The notes beneath the pieces were generated by a model that ran no database searches, was not told the origin of the DNA, and saw only the letters and a list, made by a program, of their open reading frames with translations. Shown piece after piece: positions 35,001-44,142 of a DNA stretch of 44,142 bases. Position 1 is the stretch's first letter. Each line of letters starts with the position of its first letter. Source of the DNA: Nemertoderma westbladi (Eukaryota > Animalia > Xenacoelomorpha); NCBI GenBank assembly GCA_032718475.1, contig JAUCBJ010007326.1:1-44142 (forward strand), in the 5' to 3' direction. Made by a program: the position numbers and the translations under genes.

Positions 35001-38000
35001 ATACCTGCACCGGTGCTCACTACAGACTGTGGAGATAGCTACCGGCAAGAGGTGCTTGGTATATAGTTTTAGTCAGTAATGGCATACAGCAACTACTGAC
35101 TTTATGATTTCATCAAGTTCATCAAACCAGGCTGACGACTCAGCTGTTTAATTAATTGCAGCCAGGAGTGGATAAATTATTAATTAATTTGGGAAACTTT
35201 ACTAATTAGTAAAATCGTTAATTAGTTCGATTCAAAAGATTTTAGAATAATTATCATTTGTAAAATAGTAAACCGCTTTGATACACGTTGTGAATAAGTA
35301 TTTGGGAGGCGGGGGGGCAAAGCCCCCCCGCCAATTAGGTAATTAAGTAATTAGTTAATTACTAATTAACGGTAGGAGATACGGCATCGGCGCCAGAGAC
35401 TTTTTTGTGTAGAATAAAATTCCAAACAATTTTGTGATGTTACGTTTTTTCATAGCTCTTAGTGTTTTCGAGTTACGACGCTAATTAGTTTTCGGCTAAT
35501 TAGTACTAATTAACAGTAATAGGTGGGCCATAGCGATGACTGAACTTTTTTTAGATCTTACCGAGATGAACAAAAAAAAACACCGTTGCTAGGGGAAAAA
35601 CCAAATACTTTTCGAGAAAAATCAATTAGAAATCTTTAATCGCTAATTACTAATTAATTAATTAACAGATTTTTTCCACAAAAACTCCTAGCTATCGTGC
35701 TAGGGCCATCTACCAGATTGCGCAAACAGAATCGTTCTAGCTTTCGCCGTTCTCCTGGAAAAATCCTTTAAAGATCCACCTAAAAAAAGATCAAAGCAAA
35801 ATGCCTACTTGATAAGGAGTGATACTAGACCGTTAAATTATGAGGTTTGAAGTTGGTGTTGATGGTGGGTTCTATGTTCCGTTAAATAGGCTGCAGTATC
35901 TATACCTCATAATTCTCTGTCGAGCCTTTGGCTCTCCGGTTGCAGCCAGACCATCCAGGTGGAGAGCGCAAATGGAGCATTTGCGCCGTGCGAGCGCATG
36001 GCCGACGGCGTTGGCCATGTGGTATTGTTCTAGAATATTACAGTATTATTAATCCCATGTAAAGTTAAAAGTTAAAGCCCATATTGCTGATGGAAAATAA
36101 CAAATGCCTACCTTGATTTTGTTAAGGTCAGTTTTGTTTATACTTGAAGTCTTACATATATAAGTATACATGGGCATAATATTCCAAATACTTTTGTTGC
36201 GCCTGTCGATTCGTATGAATCGACAGGCGCATAGACCCCCCCCAATTTATATTACTTGCGCATGTACATTAGTAGGCCTACAGAAGTACTTGGGTATTCC
36301 TGTATTCACAATATTCAACTACCATATATGAAGATAGGGTACGTTTTGACTAAAATTCTGCATCTGATGTAACGTTTTGACTAGGCCTATCTGCCAAAAG
36401 AACCTCCACTATATCTGCCCTACATGTAGGCCTACCATATTATTAAATTATTATTTATACTTCAAAAATTTGTGGCACGAAACACATCACACGAAATGGA
36501 ATTACAATAAAAGCAGGCCATTTAAAACCATCTTCAATCAATTAATTCAGCACCTTGGAAAACCTAATAAAAAAAATTATTCAAATTTGTTGAATTGACA
36601 AAGGTGGTTCTGAATTAACGAGACGAGGGTGGACCCAGAGCTATCGAGGGTGGTCCCTGAATTAACGAGTGAGGACCCAGAGTTAATAGGGATATTCCCT
36701 GGATTAATAAAAAATAATTAATACCAAAACTAATAACAAAAAAAACACCCAAAATATAATACCAGCAAATACAGAAATATACTCATATTAACAAATAACA
36801 CAAAAATAATTATTTAATAAAAAATTTAATATTGAACTTTTAAAGCTCTAAAATCATAAAGAAAACCCATGAAGGTGTATTCCAATTACAATTGTTCAAC
36901 CCCAGTGATTTTAAAATACACCAGACATGTCAGAGAGCATTGTAAGTATTATTTCCTTTGTGCAAAAATTAATTCTTCTTGATATATTATATGCAAAATT
37001 TTCATGCATATTCAAACAATCAAAAGCGTGAAACCGGTAGTCATACAGCAATTGGATGTCTTTAGTAGGATCGGAAACACTCTAGAGAACATTTAAAATA
37101 AACTTCATCATTCCAAAGTGAATACTTCTTGAGATATAGCCTTTCAAAAAATTAACCAATCATAGACCACGTAGCAAAACCCGACAATCCAACAGCTATA
37201 AAACATCGTCAGTGAGTTAGGGCATACTCCAGAGAATATTCTTAGCTTTCAAACTTCATCCCAAAGTGAAGCAAACTCGAGTTATCGTCATTCAAAGCAT
37301 TAGCCAATCAGGCGCCGTATCTGATGACCACGGTATGGGGGTGACTTGGGACCTCAACGCGAGATTCAGAACACCATCCAAAACATATTCGCATAAAATC
37401 TTATCACTAATTGTCAAGGCCTAGGTAAGTTTTCAGCGTTTGAATATTTGAGCCAATCAGGTGCCAGATACAGTGACCACGGTACGCGCATGACCTGAGA
37501 CCCCAATGGAAGGTTCAGAGTACTGGCCAAAACATTTTCGCATCAAATTGTACCGTAAAATGTTACTGCATATCAGCAAAGTCACCTACCAGTATTTGAT
37601 CAGCAAAAGATCAGGTCTGACTGTGTGATTTGGGTCTGATCATATTTTCCTTTGCATGCATAAGAAGCCCTTCAATGGTCACTATCCGCTACATTGATCT
37701 AATCCATATCGTCAGATAGCCCGTGTTGCTGTTATAAGATTTATTTTGATTTGGTGCGATTTGGGTAATTTTAGTTTTTTTGGGGTAAACTATGGTATTA
37801 ATAACTTCCAGTAAAATCCCAACGTTAAGAACATTGCTAGAAACGTCAATCATCTATAGCCTACAAACTAAGGGTAACTATCAGCCAGTTACTGTACATG
37901 GGCAGATGGGTATACTAAGTACAGGAGTACCCAGTACTTGGATATTCCTGTATTGACAATACTCAACTATATGAAGATAGGGTACGTTTTGACTAAAATA

Positions 38001-39327
38001 CGGCATCTGATGTAACGTTTTGACTAGGCCTATCTGCCAAAAGAACCTCCACTAAATATGCCATACATGTAGGCCTACCATACCTGCACCGGTGCTCACT
38101 ACAGACTGTGGAGATAGCTACCGGCAAGAGGTGCTTGGTATATAGTTTTAGTCAGTAATGGCATACAGCAACTACTGACTTTATGATTTCATCAAGTTCA
38201 TCAAACCAGGCTGACGACTCAGCTGTTTAATTAATTGCAGCCGGATTGGATAAATTATTAATTAATTTCGGAAACTTTACTAATTAGTAAAATCGTTAAT
38301 TAGTTCGATTCAAAAGATTTTAGAATAATTATCATTTGTAAAATAGTAAACCGCTTTGATACACCTTGTGAATAAGGATTTGGGGGCGGGGGGGACAAAG
38401 CCCCCCCCCGCCAATTAGGTAATTAAGTAATTAGTTAATTACTAATTAACGGTAGGAGATACGGCATCGGCGCCAGAGACTTTTTTGTGTAGAATAAAAT
38501 TCCGAACAACTTTGTGATGTTACGTTTTTTCATAGCTCTTAGTGTTTTCGAGTTACGACGCTAATTAGTTTTCGGCTAATTAGTACTAATTAACAGTAAT
38601 AGGAGGGCCATAGCGATGACTGAACTTTTTTTAGATCTTACCGAGATGAACAAAAAAAAACACCGTTGCTAGGGGAAAAACCAAATACTTTTCGAGAAAA
38701 ATCAATTAGAAATCTTTAATCGCTAATTACTAATTAATTAATTAACAGATTTTTTCCACAAAAACTCCTAGCTATCGCGCTAGGGCCATCTACCAGATCG
38801 CGCAAACAGAATCGTTCTAGCTTTCGCCGTTCTCCTGGAAAAATCCTTTAAAAATCGACCTAAAAAAGATCAAAGCAAAGTGCCTACTTCTTGTCAGTTA
38901 GCTATATATAGTAAATTATGAGGTTTGAAGTTGGTGTTGATGGTGGGTTCTATGTTCCGTTAAATAGGCTGCAGTATCTATACCTAATAATTCTCTGTCG
39001 AGCCTTGGGCTCTCCGGTTGCAGCCTAACCATCCAGTTGGCCTTTGTTTAGGAGTCGAAAACATTCATAGTCTATATTTTCCTATTTGTTTAGAAGTGGC
39101 CGAAACACATCTATCAGTTGCCGAAACGCATCTATCAGTTTGCCTAAGCACATCCTGTTAACAGTTGTCGAAATGCAACTATGAGTTGCCGAAATGCAAC
39201 TATGAGTTGCTGAAATGCATCCCTCAGTTGCCGAAACGCAACCTTGTTACCATGTTGCCAAAACGCGACTACGAGTTGCCGAAACGCGGCTCTAACGCTA
39301 CTATCAGTGCCGAAACGCGACAACACC
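29039..39327. mobile_element. Foldback/MULE-like non-autonomous element (~1075 bp) in lectin intron 2, split by the 9.2 kb array
   Basis: Imperfect TIRs GGTTGCGTCGCGTTTCGGCA / TGCCGAAACGCGACAACACC, 8-bp TSD CACCTACA (29031-38 and 39328-35), inverted subterminal motif arrays. Confidence 0.82.
29823..39036. repeat. Exact head-to-tail trimer of a ~3.07 kb non-coding unit (29823-32870, 32871-35958, 35959-39036)
   Basis: Three near-identical units, each junction carrying ATCCAG; the paralogous empty site at 653-658 has a single ATCCAG. Confidence 0.95.
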
Positions 39328-39893
39328 CACCTACACATCCAATTTAGTTACTATACCTAACCTTATACCTTTTACAAACATTTACCAATGACATTGTATG
39401 GTTATTACCAAGTTAGTTCTGTGTTTTAGCAACGAGACCATACACTTGTTAGTGGATATAGTGATGATTAGATTAAGATGGGTAAAATTTCCAATCCAGG
39501 ATGTCATCCACTATTAGTGAAAAAGTTCATTCCAAATTCATTTCAAATTCAGAGTGCATCTCTAATCAGATGGACTTGTCCATGCAATCGTATGTTTTCT
39601 ATATAATATTGCAAAGTAAAAATATAAGCCATCACCGACTTGTGACATTAGATCTCTGGCAGCCACTCAATAATTATGCCTTGTTACACTGATTCACATG
39701 TTTTTAGCACAAATTTTTTTTGTCCACTAACCCTATTGTTTTATTGTTTCCTATATATACAAATTTAAGTTATTCAAATTACTATGTTGTATTATTACAT
39801 ATTACATAGGCCTATATTACAGAATATTTGCAACATCAAATACAATATGTGAATTGAGTAATTTATATTATTTTTAATTGCTTCTTTACTCAG

Positions 39894-40026
39894 GGCAGCA
39901 CATGCTGTTGTCATGGTTGGATATGATGATGAGGCATTCAGTGGTCAAAACAAAGTCAAACAAAATATTCGATTGTTACACTCCTGTTGCCGGAAGATAT
40001 ATCATCATTGAGAAAGAAATTGGAGG
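39894..40026 (+). pseudogene. F-type lectin gene copy B, exon 3, disrupted by two deletions
   Basis: Relative to copy A, 1599-1639 is replaced by TCAAACAAA (frameshift) and ~1702-2029, including the stop codon, is lost. Confidence 0.9.
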
Positions 40027-40811
40027 TATGGTTGGTATGGTAGGTAATATTTATAGGTAGGTACCTGTGACAACATGTGTCCACCCAGGACAAATGTTCG
40101 GAAAGTCGACAATACTAGCAAAATCTCTAATGATAGCTTATGGTATTTTTTTGTAATTACTTCTTCCTACACTATCGTCACTAATCTTCAACCGTACCAG
40201 TTATCAGGAGGCGTTAAAATATCCCAATTCAAGTAGTTACTGTTTGGCCGGTCAAAATGACTACCAATCAGTTATTGAATTAGTTGCTTCTATGTTAGTA
40301 ATAAAGCCATAAGATACTGCCATTTCAAGCCATTTCAAAATTTCCAGAACATTAATTATTAACCCTTTGCGTACCAACACTTAATAAAGGCGGCACACTG
40401 CCGCCTTTTTTTGCAAATAATTCAGGACAATGCTCATAAAGGTGGCAGTGTGCCGCCTTTATATACTTATAACTTCACCCCCAGGGCGGCAGAGTGCCGC
40501 CTTTACATATATTATCCTGACCCCCAGGGTGGCAGGGTGCCGCCTTTTTTAAAAATGCTCTTAAACTTTCTTATAACTATTGGGACGGAAAAATGGAGTA
40601 TATATTCGTGTTGGGCAGGAAAAACTGGTCTAGAAAAGTTAATTTAATATTGCTTGAATGGATATTGGTTTGAGGGCATTTTAAAATACATAATTTATGC
40701 AATTTAATTTCAATTTTGCCAAAAATTTTGTTACAAAAAATTAAGGCAGCAGTGAAAGCTACATTATATATTTAATATAGAGAACATACCCGGGGGTAAA
40801 CGCCACGCTTG

Positions 40812-41345
40812 TTTTTATATATATATATAATATATATATGTACAAATGTCAAAGCATCCAAATAAGGGGCACAGCATAGTAGTTTTCGACCAGCCTTTAG
40901 AGCTATTTCGTGTATGTGTATGTTGAATGACATAAGGTTGTGAATATCACCCCCAAAAGTTTAATACTCTGGACCACATTAATAGAAAGGTAGCCCAACT
41001 TGAGTGAAAGTGGTGTTACATCTGATTGCTTATTTAACCTGCTGGTTAAGACGCGGATTATTTTGCTCAAAAACGACTTTCCATTTTTCCCCCGACAGAC
41101 TTATTTAGTGCAAATCCTCCTGCATCTGGGTGAGAGATAGATCTCAGTTGGCTTCGCTAAGAATTAAGCAGTATAATGAAAAATCATCCGCATATATTGC
41201 CATTGGATTTGAAAGGTCTGTCACCAGATCATCAATATACACCAGGAAGAATGTTGGACCCAGGAGTTATTGCAGGGGAACAGAAGCATTAATACATCTC
41301 GTTGGGAGCATTTGCCCTCAACAACCACTCAAATACTACAGTTGA
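40812..41345 (-). pseudogene. Duplicate of the CR1-group RT fragment at 9770-10345
   Basis: Near-identical sequence including the YIDD/YADD region. Confidence 0.85.
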
Positions 41346-41549
41346 GTATATATGATTCCAACTAGGATAGTAGCTTTTCACAGATCCGCCATGCCTGCCC
41401 AGCATGCCAAACATGATCAAAAGCGTTCTTTATATCCAGTACAGCAACTATGACTTCAACCTCGACCTTTTAAAGTAGGTTCCAGCAGGTACTCAGAAAA
41501 GTAAGTAGGACAGTAGCAGAATGCCCGGGACGAAATCCAAACTGAAACT

Positions 41550-42298
41550 TAGTGAACAACTTCCTAGAGAATACTGAAACTAATGCTTATACAGTGCCAG
41601 GTTGGAACGATGTATTGAGCGATTTGCATGGGCTGGCCCGCCATGCATTCCTGCTCTGGAGGGGGTTGGTTATGGTTAGTCCTCGTAATGGCGATATACA
41701 TAGGAAAATGTATAGCTCTAAAATGCGGTTTAAAGGTATGTTCCGTGAGGATAAACGTAATGGAGATTAAACTAAATGCGATAAGTATGCAGAGTCTTTA
41801 CTACGTTCCTCCAATGGAACGGAAGATTATTGGAAGCATGTTAAGAAAGACAATAGTAGTAAAATCCCAACTGCCACTACAAAAGATGATGTTGTAGGGG
41901 ATGTTAATATTAGTATTAATGTGCATGGTTTTATACCTAGTACTGTATGATTGACACCATCGTGTCTCCCATTGTTAAGAGTAAAACTGGTAAGCTTACT
42001 ACTGTTTCTGCTAATTATAGACCTATTTCGTTGATATCTATACTTAGTAAACTATTTCAAGTAATTCTTTTACAAAGAATACGGGTTTTTCTGGACACTG
42101 GTTGTCATCAATTCGGATTTATAAAGGGTATGGGTACGGAAATGGCTATTTACGCAAATACGGAAATAATTAAATATTTTCTGGTAGTAGGTATTATTTT
42201 TTATAACCATTTGCTGTGTGTGCTATTATACATTCATTTATATACTGTACGATATGTCCCGTCGGACGAAGTAAAATAAAATAATAATAATAATAATA
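41550..42298 (+). pseudogene. Internally deleted LINE (CR1/L2 group, clade uncertain) with (AAT)n tail
   Basis: PGWNDVLSDLHGLARHAFLLW, PIVKSKTG...NYRPISLISILSKLF...HQFGF, then a jump to a 3' end ACGAAGTAAAATAAA(ATA)n. Confidence 0.8.
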
Positions 42299-42437
42299 CA
42301 TATATACATTGTTTGGTGTATTTGTTATTGTTTTTATATATTGTATAAATAAATCTATCATCGGTGTTTTTTGCCCACGATATACAGGAGGTTAGAATAT
42401 ACGAAATTCACAAATTCGGGAAATTCTTTGGGATTAA

Positions 42438-44124
42438 CCCCATTAGTACCGGGCTATAAAATGTTGTACAAATACCGGGGGGGGGGGGGGGGGGGGATTA
42501 ACCCCATTAGTACCGGGCTATAAAATGTTGTACAAATACCGGGGGGGGGGGGGGGGGGGTCATATTGACCGCCCCTATCCGATATCTAAAATCTACAAAT
42601 TCTTTAGAAAACGTCTGATTTTTTGTTTGTACGTAGGTATCACTAGTCTGGATCCGACCGAAAAAAAAAATTTTAGAAAAAATGTATTGGAGTGGTTATA
42701 TTGCAGCACCAAAATTACAAGTAGTGCACAATTTTCACAAAATTTGAAAGTTACATTTTCCGGCTAATTGTTTTTCAATACAACGGGCGCAAAATACATT
42801 GGAAAATATTTAAAAATGATATGATTACTATAAATGGCGTTTAGTCCTCTCTGCGTAGGAAAAAAATGAAAAAAACAAGTAACCAGCACTTTTCACTTAG
42901 AACACAAAATTTTTAATTCACTTATACGATGCTATAAATTCACATTTTCAGGTTTTATAGGGAGCTGATTCTAATGGAATACATTTCTAATATGCCAGAT
43001 CATTGCTACTTGTATTTTTCGGCGTAATTTGGCAAATTTTGGTGCTAGCACAAAATTTCGTACCAATCACCAAAAAGTACAAGTTTGCGATGTCCAGTGC
43101 TGTTTTTATTGATTCCATCGGATTTAGGACCCTCATAAACCCGTATAACGCAAGAAACAAGATGATACTAGCTACTGATCAATTTGCTTACTTTCAAAAA
43201 TTTGGTGCTGGCACAACTATTTTCACCCACCGGCGAAAAATACAAGTTTGAAAACTGTTATAAAATTTTTACTTATTCCATTGAATTCAGAACCCTCACA
43301 AACCCGTATAACGCAAGAAACGAGGTGACACAATCAATTGATATATTTGATGGTTTCCAAAATTTGGTGCTAGCACAACATTTTGCACCCACTTCCGAAA
43401 AATACAAGTTTGATATATCTAGTTCGATAATTATATATTCCATTGAATTCAGAATAGCCATAAAGCTCTAAAACGCAAGAAATAAATTGTCACAAGCAAT
43501 TTTATCTATTGAATGGATTTTCAAAATTTCGGGCTAGCACCAAAATTTGCACACAGCACCTCCATATATTTTAAATCCTCCTTCTAAATCCTCCATAAAC
43601 CATCCTATTTTTAAAAATACAAGTTTGATACGCTTGGTGCAACTCGTATATATTTCAGCGAAACCAGAACCCGAAAAAACCCCAATTGCGTAAAAAAACA
43701 AGTTTCAATCAATCAATTTACAAAATTGATATATTTCAAAATTTGGTGCTGGCACCAAAATTTGGCACCCGCCGAAAAAAACAAGTTTGAAAATTATAAA
43801 TCAATTTATATGAATCCCATTCAATTGCTAACACCAAAAAACCGGTGTAAATCAAAAATAGAGATGGTACAATTCATATTTAATGAAATGAAATTTTCAA
43901 AAAACGTCTCAAAAAAAGTGCCAAAAGTAGGGTTAAAAAATGGTGCTATAACTCGAAAACTACTCAATATTTTTGAAAACAGTTTTCACTACTAGGAATA
44001 TAATAGAATTTTAGGAAAAGTCATAAAATTTCAGATTCCCAACTGCGTTTGTTTCAGAATTATAATAAAAAAACCACGGGGGGGGGGGGTGGTGTCATAT
44101 TGACCCACCCCGGGTTTAATAGGG
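42438..44124. mobile_element. piggyBac-like MITE with a duplicated left end
   Basis: TTAA|CCCCATTAGTACCGGG ... CCCGGGTTTAATAGGG|TTAA; GTCATATTGACC near both ends; the first 64 bp are repeated at 42502. Confidence 0.8.
43030..43870 (+). repeat. Degenerate ~163 bp tandem repeat inside the piggyBac-like MITE
   Basis: AATTTGGTGCT(A/G)GCAC...TACAAGTTTG...AACGCAAGAAA recurs near 43035, 43200, 43362, 43525 and 43740. Confidence 0.75.
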
Positions 44125-44142
44125 TTAAACCTAACGGTTGCT

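Larger units (their letters stand above)
29155..41353 (+). repeat. Segmental duplication copy B
   Basis: Matches 1-10355; carries an extra 9214 bp array and lacks the equivalent of 2814-9816. Confidence 0.95.

Overview
AT-rich, repeat-dense eukaryotic nuclear DNA, most likely from an invertebrate animal. It carries two tandem copies of a PAN/apple + F-type lectin locus (1-10355 and 29155-41353), each with different insertions and deletions. Between them lies a young 13.4 kb BEL/Pao LTR retrotransposon (12780-26138; ~99% identical 1.1 kb TG...CA LTRs; GGTAT target-site duplication) that is unusual in three ways. (1) Its gag region is interrupted by ~1 kb of non-coding sequence that folds by hand into a complete group I self-splicing intron core: P3-P8, the P7 guanosine site, GNRA/UUCG loops and candidate P1/P9.0/P10. 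(2) It has no tRNA-type PBS; the 11 nt next to the 5' LTR are instead complementary to a site inside the LTR, with a compensatory change in a diverged sister LTR, as in Tf1-style self-priming. (3) pol is hollowed out: Gag and protease are kept, while RT and the integrase core are missing without breaking the frame. Also present: an inverted sister LTR, an exact head-to-tail trimer of a 3.07 kb unit joined by ATCCAG, CR1-group and Penelope RT fragments, and several non-autonomous DNA transposons. All structures and alignments were read by eye; no searches were run.
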